Below are positions 31,001 to 41,644 of a DNA stretch of 64,000 bases, piece after piece. The position numbers were made by a program, and so were the translations under genes. Every line of letters begins with the position of its first letter. Within the stretch, counting starts at the first letter, position 1. The stretch covers positions 1 through 64,000 of the IMG/VR virus record IMGVR_UViG_3300036770_004143; one strand, written 5' to 3'. Below the pieces are notes generated by a model. It made no database searches. It saw nothing but the letters and a program-made list of their open reading frames with translations, and had not been told where the DNA came from.

Positions 31001-31223
31001 CATATTTTGGTATTTGTGTGTTAATATACTTTTCAGGTGATGTGCCACCAAAAAAAGTTTGAAATTCATCATAACTTGTGATAAAGATAGGCTCAAATGC
31101 GGGGCCTTTGATTGTCTCACCAACCATTCCTAATGTAGTAACACCAATACTCTGTGAAACAAAACTTAAATCTGTTTCAGAGGTATATACACCAGGAGAT
31201 ACGAATACTTTTTGATTTGCCAT
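28074..31223 (-). CDS. Contractile tail sheath protein (gp18-like)
   Basis: FVSPGVYTSETD N-terminus; PWFASAGYNRG, RINPI, WGNKTLQ, RINVRRL, LFEQND, PTRSLEFI. Confidence 0.95.
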   Translation of the reverse strand: MANQKVFVSPGVYTSETDLSFVSQSIGVTTLGMVGETIKGPAFEPIFITSYDEFQTFFGGTSPEKYINTQIPKYESAYIAKSYLQQSNQMYVTRVLGLSGYDAGPSWSITTIANVNNSTIGLSGSSSTFSISFTGTTGTTGTFSISGSYPNGMTLATFSSDTYTNSTGVVSTFYDDLKAFANNVASSNTLTGQTSTYGSIPVSAYNTITGSTQSGLTSYNYFGTPVALNSNGTPVDENDVWNYATFTNEPDTNIYNGFSFYYNTSAWNQVAGSFTGTVTGNTYVFSGTAYTGYSDMVVATIRSRGITSYSSTNHGQIYSLTGNTLTIDGANSTTMSGDPFGNFVLSGNTTGNSNFTFNVSLRPTNSNYLTNVLGTDNFGKDRNDVPIFVEEHYPTLLNQAYKLGYIRGLKTNLTYLPSARTTTNPSTSIGWYLEKYQSPKTPFVVSELRGNKVYNLFKFISISDGNNANTEVKISIINMSFKNRTFDVLVRSFYDSDTAPVVLEKYTNCTLDETQNSFIGKKIGTSDGKYNLISKYIMLEMGDEFPSDAIPCGFMGYPHRKYGTKLSPTVLYKTKYYFNNEVVYNEPFASSNAVPADNVKRTYLGFSTSYGYDNSLLNYKGKQNPNSIIADGSEWNVVTKGFHMDSGATVVTIANAYTTSGQTAFEVGTGSFNVEPEDNTSPYYYLYSRKFTLMFEGGFDGWDVYSEKRTNGDSYQIGGTDYMRGALSIPGKYAAATGQGTFKEITEGDGTIDFATTDYYAYYKGILTFQNPESTNINVFVTPGIDYVNNSNLVENAIDMVESDRADSIYIVTTPDANLLTTNVNDVIYPQESIVSLEETNIDSNYTATYYPWILVRDQVNNTQVYIPPTAEVCRNLALTDNVAFPWFASAGYNRGLVNSVKARLKLTQDDRDTLYQGRINPIATFSDVNTVIWGNKTLQVRESALNRINVRRLLLQARKLISAVAVRLLFEQNDQIVRQQFLDTVNPILDGIRRDRGLTDFRVTVSNDPEDIDRNTMSGKIYIKPTRSLEFISLEFVITPTGASFEDI

Positions 31224-31274
31224 TATTATTTTTTATTTATTCATATAAATATCTAAAAAATAATCAAAAAACTA

Positions 31275-31838
31275 TCACTCCTTTATTAATCTAATGGGGA
31301 AACCATCTTTTTTCCACATGCCGCCTTTCCCAAATTCATATCCAGAAAACAAAAACACATATTTGCACAAATTTTCATCAATGGATTCTTGTGTGAAATA
31401 TGGTGATAATAAATCTGTTGCAAAGTTTCCATCCATATGCCTAAACCCTGTTGGCTTTGCATTAAAACCAAATTCATCCGTTCCGCCAACATTAATGGTT
31501 GTTTCAATCCCTTCCATATTCTGCGTGATTGCTGTCCATCCATTAATTGATTTTAATTTATGCCCTGCAACATCATTACCATTGGCAAAATTAATTAATA
31601 CATTCCAATCATTATCATTTGGAACTCTCCACCCAGTAGGGGCAATATTTCTATTATCTGTAATAACCCAATAATTATAAAGATAATCATTGTTTTCATT
31701 GATGCAGTATGCCGGGGATGTTAATTCATTCCATTCACTAATATTTGGTACAAATGGAATATCATCACCATTTTTAAATTTTGTTATTGTTGCATTTTCT
31801 GTGGACCAAATTTGAGTTCCAATTTGAATTTCATTCAT
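31275..31838 (-). CDS. Fibrobacter succinogenes major domain (FISUMP) protein
   Basis: IQIGTQIW..EN, YLYNY, APTGWRVPN..DW, AGHKLKS..GW, GFNAKPTGFR, GFPIRLIKE. Confidence 0.8.
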   Translation of the reverse strand: MNEIQIGTQIWSTENATITKFKNGDDIPFVPNISEWNELTSPAYCINENNDYLYNYWVITDNRNIAPTGWRVPNDNDWNVLINFANGNDVAGHKLKSINGWTAITQNMEGIETTINVGGTDEFGFNAKPTGFRHMDGNFATDLLSPYFTQESIDENLCKYVFLFSGYEFGKGGMWKKDGFPIRLIKE

Positions 31839-31843
31839 ATAAA

Positions 31844-32230
31844 TTAAATTATTAATTCCCAATTTAATGCTTCTTCATTCCAATAATAATTATTTCCATC
31901 AGTTGGATAAGGTATTGGTGGATCCCACAAGCAACTAAACTCATCTAATATCCAGCTTGGATATGGTTTTGGTGGAATGAACGCGTCCCTTTGTTCATCA
32001 TAGGTGTATCCAATTCCTGCATAGTTTTTTCTAAATGCTTTGGTTTGGTCTTCTGATGGTGTATTATTATCAGACCTATAATGAACACCACCTCTTGTAT
32101 TGTATGACGTTCTTCTATATTTATCACCTGTTTGTTGGCTAATTTCAAGTTCTCTATCATCATCTTCATCCCTTGAGACAGTAACAAAGACTACAATATT
32201 TTCACTATTTAATAAAGCAAAATGTCCCAT
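31844..32230 (-). CDS. Conserved phage fibre-associated protein
   Basis: MGHFA...RTSYN...RKNYAGIGYTYD...DAFIPPKPYPSW...W.PP..YP pattern, typical downstream of Gly-rich fibre genes. Confidence 0.7.
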   Translation of the reverse strand: MGHFALLNSENIVVFVTVSRDEDDDRELEISQQTGDKYRRTSYNTRGGVHYRSDNNTPSEDQTKAFRKNYAGIGYTYDEQRDAFIPPKPYPSWILDEFSCLWDPPIPYPTDGNNYYWNEEALNWELII

Positions 32231-32266
32231 GATTATGTATTTTTTTATAAAAAATTAATACTATTT

Positions 32267-32506
32267 TTAGTTGGTTTTTAGGTTGGGTTCAACAACTTCA
32301 AATGTTTCAGGTGTGCCAAGTATTTGACTTTCGTCGCAAAAGGTAATATACCAAAAGGGAGGTACATTTAAAGACGCAAATTGCACGTCAACTGCTTGTA
32401 ATGTTGTTCCACCTGGCTTTGGTAAGCCTTCGTTTATTCGGCAAATGTCCTGTGCGTGCAAAACATTAGCCTCATTGGTGTATTTATATCCGTTAATAAA
32501 TGCCAT
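32267..32506 (-). CDS. Hypothetical protein
   Basis: 79-aa ORF overlapping the fibre gene stop. Confidence 0.55.
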   Translation of the reverse strand: MAFINGYKYTNEANVLHAQDICRINEGLPKPGGTTLQAVDVQFASLNVPPFWYITFCDESQILGTPETFEVVEPNLKTN

Positions 32507-35500
32507 AATAAGTATTTACGTTGCTTTGAATATTTGTTCTATTTAAGGATTGGTCTATTGACCAAAAAATACTTTCTTGTAAATTTCCATCCATGCCACC
32601 ACCGCCATCACCATAACTACCTAATTGAAAGTTCTGTGAAGCATTTCCTGTTGAAGGTGTTCCAGTTGATGTATTTCCTTGATTTACAGAACCATTATTA
32701 AAATATACTTTTGCCCTATTTGCAACAGTAGCGTTACTTGCATCTAATTCAATAGACAATAGTGTTTGAGTATTTGTAGTTATTGTTTGTGATGTTTGAA
32801 AAGATATAGGCGAAGTAGATGGTAAGCCAGAGGAATTAGTCATAAAAACATTAATAGTATTGTTAGCTAATTTATAAACAGATAAACCTGTCTGAGCTGA
32901 TGTTCCGCCATTATTACCAAACAATGGTTTTTGTCCAGAATTGTTGTACTTTAAAACATTTAAAACAAATGATTTTGTACCATTATGTAAAAAATTAAAT
33001 GAAGCCGTAGATGTTGGGACTGTTAAAATATCATTAGTAGAATCAAAACTTAAAGCAGGTTTATTATTAATCATGATAATTGTACCACTACTTACTATTT
33101 GCGGCTGATTTGCAGCAGTTGTTTGCATTGCATTCCTTGCATTCCCACTTTGGTCATACCACGTTGTCACAAATACATTTTGATTACTACCACCTGTATT
33201 CCAAAAAGTACTAAATGTAACTTGTTGTCCAAGGCTAAGCCCACTTGTTCCAACAGCAGTAACTATAACTGTACTGCTTGCACTTATTGTATTATTCACA
33301 TCAAAAAATACATCACCTTCTGCACCACTTGTACTTGCTCTTACCTTTATTGCACTTCCATTGTATGTTACTCTTAATTTGCGCAAAGAATATGCTACAG
33401 CTGCACTTGGATATGAATCAAGTAATAATGGAGTGTAATCCAATAATGTTACAGTCTCACCTGTTGTTGTTGTTGTTGTTACATTATATGTATTAAAATT
33501 TGCTGCTGAACCTGATAAACTTGTTGGTATAAATGGTCCACTTGCTGTTTGCCCATTGACAGTACAACCTGATGAGAATTGCGCAACATAGGTGTTTGGT
33601 ATTTTAATTACAACAACACCTGACCCACCATTACCACCTACATTTTGGACACCACCACCAGCACTTGTATATGAACCACCACCACCACCACCACCAGTAA
33701 AGTTAGTGCCTGGCAATCCAGCAGCAACCGTATTACCAGAACCATCACCACCACCACCTATTCCTCCTGTTCCTCCAGCACCAACGTATCCACCACCACC
33801 ACCGCCACCACCTCGTGGTGTTAATATTCCAGTAATAGAATTATATAATCCAGCTCCACCATTACCACCGACATTTTGTGTACCAGTTCCACCTGCAGCA
33901 CTTGCGCCTCCGCCTCCACCTCCACCAAAAGTGGCATCTCCACCACCAGGGAATCCCTCAACAGGAGTATATCCACCAATATTTCCAGCTGCACCAGCAG
34001 AATCAAAACCACCACCTCCACCAGATCCACCTGGGCTTGCTGATTGTTGAAACCTTGAACCACCACCACCACCACCTGATGAATTTATGATAAAACTAGA
34101 AGTTGAACCACTAGTACCTCTTAAACTTGATGATGTTGCACCATTACCACCACCACCAACAATTATGGAATATGGTGTTCCTTTTGATAATGTTTGCAAT
34201 GTTAATGATCTGTGGCCTCCAGCTCCGCCACCACCTCCATGACCACTACCACCGCCACCACCACCAGCAACTACAAGGTAATCAACAGATACTGTTGTTG
34301 GAATTGGTGAGGTTGTTGGTGTAACTGTATTTGTTGGTGTTATGGTGTTAGTTGGTGTTATAGTTTGAGTTGGAGTTTCTGTTGGTGTGATTGTGTTGGT
34401 AGGCGTAACTGTATTTGTTGGTGTTATGGTGTTAGTTGGAGTTTCTGTTGGTGTGATTGTGTTGGTAGGCGTAACTGTATTTGTTGGTGTTATGGTGTTA
34501 GTTGGAGTTTCTGTTGGTGTGATTGTGTTGGTAGGCGTAACTGTATTTGTTGGTGTTATGGTGTTAGTTGGAGTTTCTGTTGGTGTGATTGTGTTGGTAG
34601 GTGTAACTGTATTTGTTGGTGTTTCTGTTGGTGTGATTGTGTTGGTAGGCGTAACTGTATTTGTTGGTGTTATGGTGTTAGTTGGAGTTTCTGTTGGTGT
34701 GATTGTGTTGGTAGGCGTAACTGTATTTGTTGGAGTTTCTGTTGGTGTAACTGTATTTGTTGGTGTTATGGTGTTAGTTGGTGTTATGGTGTTAGTAGGT
34801 GTTATGGTGTTAGTTGGAGTTTCTGTTGGTGTGATTGTGTTGGTAGGAGTGATTGTGTTGGTAGGCGTAATAGTTTGGGTTGGAGTTTCTGTTGGTGTGA
34901 TTGTGTTAGTTGGTGTAACTGTATTGGTTGGAGTTTCTGTTGGTGTGATTGTGTTGGTAGGCGTAACTGTATTTGTTGGTGTTATGGTGTTAGTAGGTGT
35001 TATGGTGTTAGTTGGAGTTTCTGTTGGTGTGATTGTGTTGGTAGGAGTGATTGTGTTGGTAGGCGTAATAGTTTGGGTTGGAGTTTCTGTTGGTGTGATT
35101 GTGTTAGTTGGTGTAACTGTATTGGTTGGTGTTTCTGTTGGTGTTATGGTGTTAGTTGGAGTTTCTGTTGGTGTGATTGTGTTGGTAGGCGTAACTGTAT
35201 TTGTTGGTGTTATGGTGTTAGTTGGTGTTATAGTTTGAGTTGGAGTTTCTGTTGGTGTGATTGTGTTGGTAGGCGTAACTGTATTTGTTGGTGTTATGGT
35301 GTTAGTTGGTGTTATAGTTTGAGTTGGAGTTTCTGTTGATGTAACTGTATTGGTAGGTGTAACTGTATTAGTTGGTGTTATAGTTTGAGTTGCATCCGGA
35401 GATGCTCCTGGTGTTTTTGTGGTTGAAGGTGTAATTGTATTTGTTGGAGTTATGGTGTTAGTTGGTGTTATAGTTTGAGTTGGAGTTTCTGTTGGTGTGA

Positions 35501-36485
35501 TTGTATTAGTAGGCGTAACTGTATTTGTTGGAGTTTCTGTTGGTGTGATTGTATTAGTAGGCGTAACTGTATTTGTTGGAGTTTCTGTTGGTGTGATTGT
35601 GTTAGTTGGTGTTTCTGTTGGCTTAAATGTATTGGTAGGTGTTACCGTATTTGTTGGAGTTTCTGTTGGTGTAAATGTATTGGTAGGTGTTACCGTATTT
35701 GTTGTAGTTTCTGTTGGTGTGATTGTGTTGGTAGGCGTAACTGTATTAGTTGGTGTTATAGTTTGAGTTGCATCCGGAGAAGCTCCTGGTGTTTTTGTGG
35801 TTGAAGGTGTAATTGTATTTGTTGGAGTTTCTGTTGGTGTGATTGTGTTGGTAGGTGTCATAGTTTGAGTTGCATCTGGAGACGCTCCTGGTGTTTTTGT
35901 AGTTGAAGGTGTAATTGTATTAGTTGGTGTGATTGTGTTTGTAGGAGTTATAGTAGGTGTTGCTGTTACATCTAAACCACTTGTAATACTAGGTGTTGGT
36001 GTATTAGTAATACTTGGTGTAATTGTTTGAGTTGGTGTTATAGTTTGAGTTGGCGTTTCTGTGCTTGTTGGCGTTATAGTGTTTGAAGGTGTAATAGTTA
36101 CTGTTATTGTTGGAGTTATAGTTTGAGTTGGTGTAACTGTGTTTGTTGGTGTATTTGTAGTAGTAATTGATGGTGTTATAGTATTTGAAGGTGTTATTGA
36201 TGGGGTTACAGTTATTGTTGGAGTAATTGAAGGTGTAACTGTATTTGTTGGCGTATTTGTTGGAGTTGCATCAACTACTTCTGGAACAATTATTTCATAA
36301 TTTGTAAGATATTTTGGAACATATAATGTATATAAACCACTTAATTTACCTGTTTCGGGTCTTGAATAAACATCAAAAGGAATAACATTTTCACCAATAT
36401 TATAAGTGATATTGTTTTGCAATAACGTTACAAAAACAATCTCACCATTTAAATTTACACTTGTTATCCTTAATGCTGATGCCAT
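32493..36485 (-). CDS. Fibre/adhesin-like virion protein: Thr/Pro mucin-like stalk, Gly-rich domain, C-terminal lectin-like beta-sandwich
   Basis: About 650 aa of TPT(N/E/Q)T(I/V) repeats; [13 protein letters not shown]...GGSGVVVI Gly-rich domain; AYSLRKL...[11 protein letters not shown] domain. Confidence 0.75.
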   Translation of the reverse strand: MASALRITSVNLNGEIVFVTLLQNNITYNIGENVIPFDVYSRPETGKLSGLYTLYVPKYLTNYEIIVPEVVDATPTNTPTNTVTPSITPTITVTPSITPSNTITPSITTTNTPTNTVTPTQTITPTITVTITPSNTITPTSTETPTQTITPTQTITPSITNTPTPSITSGLDVTATPTITPTNTITPTNTITPSTTKTPGASPDATQTMTPTNTITPTETPTNTITPSTTKTPGASPDATQTITPTNTVTPTNTITPTETTTNTVTPTNTFTPTETPTNTVTPTNTFKPTETPTNTITPTETPTNTVTPTNTITPTETPTNTVTPTNTITPTETPTQTITPTNTITPTNTITPSTTKTPGASPDATQTITPTNTVTPTNTVTSTETPTQTITPTNTITPTNTVTPTNTITPTETPTQTITPTNTITPTNTVTPTNTITPTETPTNTITPTETPTNTVTPTNTITPTETPTQTITPTNTITPTNTITPTETPTNTITPTNTITPTNTVTPTNTITPTETPTNTVTPTNTITPTETPTQTITPTNTITPTNTITPTETPTNTITPTNTITPTNTITPTNTVTPTETPTNTVTPTNTITPTETPTNTITPTNTVTPTNTITPTETPTNTVTPTNTITPTETPTNTITPTNTVTPTNTITPTETPTNTITPTNTVTPTNTITPTETPTNTITPTNTVTPTNTITPTETPTQTITPTNTITPTNTVTPTTSPIPTTVSVDYLVVAGGGGGGSGHGGGGGAGGHRSLTLQTLSKGTPYSIIVGGGGNGATSSSLRGTSGSTSSFIINSSGGGGGGSRFQQSASPGGSGGGGGFDSAGAAGNIGGYTPVEGFPGGGDATFGGGGGGGASAAGGTGTQNVGGNGGAGLYNSITGILTPRGGGGGGGGYVGAGGTGGIGGGGDGSGNTVAAGLPGTNFTGGGGGGGSYTSAGGGVQNVGGNGGSGVVVIKIPNTYVAQFSSGCTVNGQTASGPFIPTSLSGSAANFNTYNVTTTTTTGETVTLLDYTPLLLDSYPSAAVAYSLRKLRVTYNGSAIKVRASTSGAEGDVFFDVNNTISASSTVIVTAVGTSGLSLGQQVTFSTFWNTGGSNQNVFVTTWYDQSGNARNAMQTTAANQPQIVSSGTIIMINNKPALSFDSTNDILTVPTSTASFNFLHNGTKSFVLNVLKYNNSGQKPLFGNNGGTSAQTGLSVYKLANNTINVFMTNSSGLPSTSPISFQTSQTITTNTQTLLSIELDASNATVANRAKVYFNNGSVNQGNTSTGTPSTGNASQNFQLGSYGDGGGGMDGNLQESIFWSIDQSLNRTNIQSNVNTYYGIY
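34310..36270 (-). repeat. Coding tandem repeat region (12/18-nt units, higher-order 66-nt units)
   Basis: Three perfect 66-nt copies starting at 34371, 34437 and 34503; three copies of [19 protein letters not shown]. Confidence 0.95.
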
Positions 36486-36486
36486 A

Positions 36487-37305
36487 TTAAATTATTTCAT
36501 AAGTCAAATCGTTTATTGGAATTGTTTCAGTTATCTGTACGCTTGGCACTTGGCTTCCTAATTCTGTTTCAAAGACTTGGCTAATTCTATTTATTGCTGG
36601 TTTAACTTCAAATTCTTCTTCATCAATCAAAAACCCCAACATTGTAAAATCATAAGATTGAATATAAAATTTTCTACTATCTGTATTGATTTGAGATTCA
36701 TCTTGAATATTGGTCAATATTATTGGTATATAATGCCCATTTATGGTTGCATATGATTGTCTGGATGAGAACTTTTGCAATACTTTTGTGTTGAATTTAT
36801 TCAAATCTCTAATCCTATTTGTTATTATCTTAACACTAAAATTTATATCAATTGGGACTGGCTGTGGAATTGAATAAATATCCATTCCATTTCTTTGTCC
36901 ATCCCATGTTGGAACGCTTGCAAAATAAAATGGTTTTCTATTTGGTATGGTATAAAGTGTTGCTGGGTTTGATCCGTATTTTGTATCATTCATTCGCACC
37001 AATGTAACAAATGGTGGAAGAGGATTATTATCTTCATCAATAAATGTCCATGTTTCTGTATATTGCGACCAATTCTGTGTGCTAACTATTCTATCTAATG
37101 TTTGTATTATTTTTCCTTGTGAAGTTATTTGCAAATCATTTTTAACAAAATCAAGCATTCCCCTATCCAAATCATCGTGTAATAATGATTTGGGTAAATA
37201 AGTTCCATTTTTGGTTATATTGTCCAATAATTCCTCTCTTCTTTCAAGGAGGGTTTTATCATAAGTTATATCCAAATCTGTTTTTATCTTTTTGGGTAAT
37301 GGCAT
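36487..37305 (-). CDS. Probable tail terminator/completion protein (gp15-like)
   Basis: [12 protein letters not shown]...F..YIPIIL..I.DES....RKFY...F...GFL pattern; next to neck gene. Confidence 0.55.
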   Translation of the reverse strand: MPLPKKIKTDLDITYDKTLLERREELLDNITKNGTYLPKSLLHDDLDRGMLDFVKNDLQITSQGKIIQTLDRIVSTQNWSQYTETWTFIDEDNNPLPPFVTLVRMNDTKYGSNPATLYTIPNRKPFYFASVPTWDGQRNGMDIYSIPQPVPIDINFSVKIITNRIRDLNKFNTKVLQKFSSRQSYATINGHYIPIILTNIQDESQINTDSRKFYIQSYDFTMLGFLIDEEEFEVKPAINRISQVFETELGSQVPSVQITETIPINDLTYEII

Positions 37306-37306
37306 A

Positions 37307-37480
37307 TTATTTATTTAAATTACTTTCATTATTATGCCAACATTTGTGGCATATATAAGGGTCATCACCACCTTCTGATAATTTCCAAGACCAACCACAA
37401 TTGTCACAAATAACTTTATTTTTTGTTACAATTTCAATAATTCTATTTAATTGTGCTTCTGTTATATGTAGTTTTCTCAT
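37307..37480 (-). CDS. Small Zn-ribbon protein (57 aa, absent from ORF track)
   Basis: MRKLHITEAQLNRIIEIVTKNKVICDNCGWSWKLSEGGDDPYICHKCWHNNESNLNK; ATGA-coupled upstream and fills the gap exactly. Confidence 0.75.
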   Translation of the reverse strand: MRKLHITEAQLNRIIEIVTKNKVICDNCGWSWKLSEGGDDPYICHKCWHNNESNLNK

Positions 37481-37989
37481 AATCCTCTAAATTCATCTTT
37501 ATTCACAAATGTTGCAACAACTGACCTATAAAACGGTTTATAACCTCCATAAGTATGTTTATTATCCATATTTACAATTCCATCATCAATAACAGAATAA
37601 TATCTAACCTTATCTTCTGTAACATAATATCCCAAATAATCACCTTTCAATAGTTCAACATTAAGGTCATCAAGTTGTTTTTGGTAAAATGAGAATTTCA
37701 TATTCCCAGGTTCTTTCTGTTCAACTTTGGAATTTCCAAGTTGTTTTAATGTTGATTCTGTAATTTGAACAACTCCTTTTACTTCAATGGGTGGCATAAA
37801 GACAATTCCATCTTTTGGCGCTTCACCATATATATCATCTTTCTTTGTCTTCTTTCGGTCTATTCTATATAATACGACACTCATGTTCAAGTCACCGCCC
37901 AAATATTCCATTCCCATCTCAATATCCAGATTAAAATCTTCTTCCCCAAAAAACTTACCAATCCTTGATATTGGAACTAATTTTGCCAT
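37477..37989 (-). CDS. Probable neck/head-closure protein (gp14-like)
   Basis: VVLYRID....DDIYGEA....F.PP.E pattern; TATTTATA motif upstream. Confidence 0.55.
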   Translation of the reverse strand: MAKLVPISRIGKFFGEEDFNLDIEMGMEYLGGDLNMSVVLYRIDRKKTKKDDIYGEAPKDGIVFMPPIEVKGVVQITESTLKQLGNSKVEQKEPGNMKFSFYQKQLDDLNVELLKGDYLGYYVTEDKVRYYSVIDDGIVNMDNKHTYGGYKPFYRSVVATFVNKDEFRGL

Positions 37990-38080
37990 GTTTTTAACTT
38001 ATATTAATATAAATATATAGTAGTTAATAAATTGATAATTTGTTTGATTTTTATTATAATTAAAATTATGTAAATTACTT

Positions 38081-39838
38081 ATGGTAAAAAAGAAAATAAC
38101 AAAAGATGATGCTTTAGAAATATTGAAAAATTATAATGGTGATAATAATTATTTAATTAACATCCGTAATTTATCATTTGATAATCCAAATTTCTATTTG
38201 ACAGATAGTCAGATTGAGTATATATCATTATTTAATGAAACAAAACCAAAGGTTGCAAGAAAGTGGGTTGAATTGGATCCTTATTATGCAAAAATGATTG
38301 CTGATGATAAGTTATTGGTTAGAATCCCAGAGAAAATGTGGGTTGAAAAATTATTGGTTGAGAAGGAAAAATCATATCATATTTTTGGTAGATTTTTTGA
38401 AAATGATAGATTAAATCTTTATTGGATTCCAAAGGATGCAATTGTTGTTGATAAAACAAATAAGGATGTTGTGGTTGATTTTGAAAAGTATTCTCATAGA
38501 ATGCCATTTGAACACCAGAAGGAGGCAATTATAAAGTTGCTTGAGAATGATAAATTCATATTGGCAGATGACATGGGTTTGGGTAAGACAAGTTCTGCCA
38601 TTGTGGCTTCAATTGAAGCAAAACCAACTAAAATATTAATAATATGTCCAGCAAGTTTGAAGCAGAATTGGGAAAGAGAAATTAGGAATTACACAGATAA
38701 GCCCATTTATATTTGCGAAGGTAAAAAATATGATGATAATGCTAATTTTGTTATTATTAATTATGATATTTTAAAGAACTTTCATTCATTGAAATCAAAA
38801 GAGGAATCAATTATTCAAAAATCAAAATTTGATTTAATCATATTGGATGAATGTCATCTTGTTAAAAATCCACAAGCATCAAGAACCAAATTAATAAATG
38901 ATATTTGCAAAGATATAAAGAAAATTTGGCTATTAACTGGAACACCATTAACATCACGACCAATTGATTATTTCAATTTATTATCATTGGTTGATAGTCC
39001 TGTTGCAAGAAACTGGATGGCATATGTTAAAAGATATTGTGCTGGGTATCAATTTACTGTTGGGTTTAATAAGGTATGGAATGTGAATGGTGCATCAAAT
39101 CTGGATGAATTAAGGGAGAGAACAGCACCATTATTATTAAGGCGTTTAAAAGAGAATGTGTTAGATTTGCCAGAAAAGATAATAACACCAGTTTATTTAA
39201 CATTAAAATCAAAAGAATATGAGAATGTGATGGGTGAATATTTTGATTGGGTAAAGAACAATCCAAAGGAATCAAAATCATTGAGTGTTCAATTTACTAA
39301 ACTTATGAAAGTTAGGCAAATAATTGCTGATGAAAAGATTAAGAACACCATAGAATTGATTGAGAATACCTTGGAACAAGAAAGGAAGGTGATTGTGTTT
39401 TCAAATTTCACAAACTCATTAGATAAGATATATGAGCATTTTAAGAAAATTGCAGTAAAATTGGATGGAAGTTCAACAATGAAACAAAGACAAGATAGTG
39501 TGGATAAATTTCAAAATGAAGATAATATTAAAGTTTTTGTTGGGAATATAAAGGCTGCAGGTGTTGGTTTAACATTAACACGTGGTGATGTTGTTATCTT
39601 TAATGATTTATCTTTTGTTCCAGCCGATCATAGTCAGGCAGAAGATAGAGCATATAGAATTGGTCAGAAAAATTCTGTATCTGTATTATATCCAATATTT
39701 GAGAATACCATTGAGGGAATTATATATGATATGTTGGATAGGAAGAAAAAGATTATATCAACAGTATTGGGTGATAACTTAATTGAAGGGGATGTTAGTG
39801 AAGATATTTTAACACAAATATTAAATTTTGGAAAATAA
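38081..39838 (+). CDS. SNF2-family helicase/ATPase (SMARCAL1/HARP-like)
   Basis: ADDMGLGKT, ICPASL, DECH, LTGTP, LRRLK, AAGVGLTL, QAEDRAYRIGQ. Confidence 0.92.
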   Translation: MVKKKITKDDALEILKNYNGDNNYLINIRNLSFDNPNFYLTDSQIEYISLFNETKPKVARKWVELDPYYAKMIADDKLLVRIPEKMWVEKLLVEKEKSYHIFGRFFENDRLNLYWIPKDAIVVDKTNKDVVVDFEKYSHRMPFEHQKEAIIKLLENDKFILADDMGLGKTSSAIVASIEAKPTKILIICPASLKQNWEREIRNYTDKPIYICEGKKYDDNANFVIINYDILKNFHSLKSKEESIIQKSKFDLIILDECHLVKNPQASRTKLINDICKDIKKIWLLTGTPLTSRPIDYFNLLSLVDSPVARNWMAYVKRYCAGYQFTVGFNKVWNVNGASNLDELRERTAPLLLRRLKENVLDLPEKIITPVYLTLKSKEYENVMGEYFDWVKNNPKESKSLSVQFTKLMKVRQIIADEKIKNTIELIENTLEQERKVIVFSNFTNSLDKIYEHFKKIAVKLDGSSTMKQRQDSVDKFQNEDNIKVFVGNIKAAGVGLTLTRGDVVIFNDLSFVPADHSQAEDRAYRIGQKNSVSVLYPIFENTIEGIIYDMLDRKKKIISTVLGDNLIEGDVSEDILTQILNFGK

Positions 39839-39840
39839 TA

Positions 39841-39871
39841 TTTGTTTTTTGGGATTTAAATTATACCTTTG
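39841..39871 (+). promoter_or_regulatory. Bacteroidota housekeeping-sigma promoter
   Basis: TTTG (39841-44), 19 nt, TACCTTTG (39864-71). Confidence 0.75.
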
Positions 39872-39901
39872 CAAAATATTTATAACAAAAACCAAAGCAA
39901 A

Positions 39902-40135
39902 ATGAAAGAAAGTATTATTAAAACATCAGACTTATTTAATTGGATTTCTGAAAAGGAACAACTTATAAATGCTGAAATGGGTGCATTTGAAAAAACAGAT
40001 GCCATTATGGTTCAGAAACTTACATCTTTGCAAAAAGAGTTGGAGTTGTTGAGAGAGTTGAATGCTTTTATTGACCACAATTACCAAGAAGAAACATTCA
40101 TATTTGAAAATGAACTCTTTGAAGTTAATGCCTAA
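39902..40135 (+). CDS. Hypothetical coiled-coil protein
   Basis: ATG at 39902 downstream of promoter, followed by a terminator. Confidence 0.65.
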   Translation: MKESIIKTSDLFNWISEKEQLINAEMGAFEKTDAIMVQKLTSLQKELELLRELNAFIDHNYQEETFIFENELFEVNA

Positions 40136-40138
40136 CTT

Positions 40139-40170
40139 AAAACCCCCAACCATAAAGATTGGGGGTTTTT
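40139..40170. terminator. Bidirectional terminator between convergent units
   Basis: AAAACCCCCAA-CCATAAAGA-TTGGGGGTTTTT. Confidence 0.75.
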
Positions 40171-40172
40171 CA

Positions 40173-40757
40173 TTATACTATTATTTGACCTTTTATAACT
40201 CCAGGCTTAATCATATCTCTTAATTCATTAAATGAATATTGTTCTAATTCTGTATATCTTATATATAAATTCTCACCAACTTCTAAGCCTTCTGGTAATG
40301 AAGTTATTTTTGTTCCACTTATATTCAAATCACCCCCAACTTTCAACCCTTTTGGTAATGAGGTAATTTCTAATCCTTCTAAATTTAAATACCCTTTAAC
40401 ATTTAATCCTTCCGGTATTGATGTTATTTTTGATTGAAAAAGGGTTAAACTATTCCCAACTTTTAAGCCTTGTGGTAATGATTTTATTTTTGAATAATGT
40501 AAATACAAATCATCACCAACTTCCAATCCTTCTGGTAATGATATTATTTTTGAATATGATAAATCTAAAGTACCACTAACTTTTAATCCTTTTGGTAATG
40601 ATTTTATTTTTGAATCAAATAAATCCAAATCACCTTTAACATTTAAATCTTTTTCTGTTAATTGAATTTTACTCTTCACTTTCCACAAGAATGGAGGGTT
40701 ACAATTTTCCTTTCCTTGAAGGAAATCAAATATTCTTTTTAGTACTTCTTTTTCCAT
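40173..40757 (-). CDS. LRR array protein 8 (6 repeats)
   Basis: 20-aa ITSLPEGLKVGGxLxLxxSx repeats with conserved caps. Confidence 0.85.
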   Translation of the reverse strand: MEKEVLKRIFDFLQGKENCNPPFLWKVKSKIQLTEKDLNVKGDLDLFDSKIKSLPKGLKVSGTLDLSYSKIISLPEGLEVGDDLYLHYSKIKSLPQGLKVGNSLTLFQSKITSIPEGLNVKGYLNLEGLEITSLPKGLKVGGDLNISGTKITSLPEGLEVGENLYIRYTELEQYSFNELRDMIKPGVIKGQIIV

Positions 40758-41239
40758 TATCTAATTATTTCTCCTTTTATAAATCCAGGTTTAATCATTT
40801 CCCTTAATTCTTCATCTGAATATTTTATTAATGGTGTGTACTTTATATACAAAATCTTACCAACTTCCAATCCTTTTGGTAATGAGGTTATGGCATCACA
40901 ACCAATTATGTTTAATTCACCACCAACTTTTAAATTATCTGGCAATGAGGTTATTTTTTTTTGGGCTCTTAAATCCAAACTACCCCCAACTTCTAATCCT
41001 TCTGGTAATGATGTTATTTTTGTTTTATATAAATGCAAATAACCACTAATTTTCAATCCTTTTGGTAGTGATTTTATTTTTGATTTATACAAATCCAAAT
41101 TACCTTTGAAATTTAAATCTTCTTCTGTTAATGGGTAATTAAGCATAATTTTCCATGTTAGAGTTCTTTTATATTTTGGTATTTTATTTTCCTTCTCTTC
41201 AAGAAAATCAAATATTCTTTTTAGTGCTTGTTTTTCCAT
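40757..41239 (-). CDS. LRR array protein 7 (4 repeats)
   Basis: Same caps and repeats. Confidence 0.85.
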   Translation of the reverse strand: MEKQALKRIFDFLEEKENKIPKYKRTLTWKIMLNYPLTEEDLNFKGNLDLYKSKIKSLPKGLKISGYLHLYKTKITSLPEGLEVGGSLDLRAQKKITSLPDNLKVGGELNIIGCDAITSLPKGLEVGKILYIKYTPLIKYSDEELREMIKPGFIKGEIIR

Positions 41240-41242
41240 TAT

Positions 41243-41644
41243 CTAATATATATTTCCATTTATATAACCAGGTTTTATCATTTCTCTTAATTCATCATCT
41301 GAAAGTTTTTCTAATTTTGATCCTCTAGTAAATAAATCACCCTCTAATTTCAAACCTTTTGGCAATAATGTTATTGATGTGTATCTTAAATACAAATCGC
41401 CACCAATTTTCAATCCTTCTGGTAATGAGGTTATTGCTGATCCAAATAATAACAAATTTCCCATAACTTTTAACCCTTCTGGTAGTGAAGTTATATTTGA
41501 ATTATGTAAATCTAAATCACCTTCAATATTTAAATCATCTTCTATTAATGGTATATCATGCCTCAATTTCCATAATAATGGTGGATTACAATTTTCCTTC
41601 TCTTCAAGAAAATCAAATATTCTTTTTAGTTGTTCTTTTTTCAT
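41243..41644 (-). CDS. LRR array protein 6 (3 repeats)
   Basis: Same caps and repeats. Confidence 0.85.
   Translation of the reverse strand: MKKEQLKRIFDFLEEKENCNPPLLWKLRHDIPLIEDDLNIEGDLDLHNSNITSLPEGLKVMGNLLLFGSAITSLPEGLKIGGDLYLRYTSITLLPKGLKLEGDLFTRGSKLEKLSDDELREMIKPGYINGNIY

Noticed and set aside
33592-35804. Long + strand ORFs (Val/Gly-, Cys/Trp- and Pro-rich)
   Set aside because: Antisense shadows of the Thr/Pro and Gly repeats of the fibre gene
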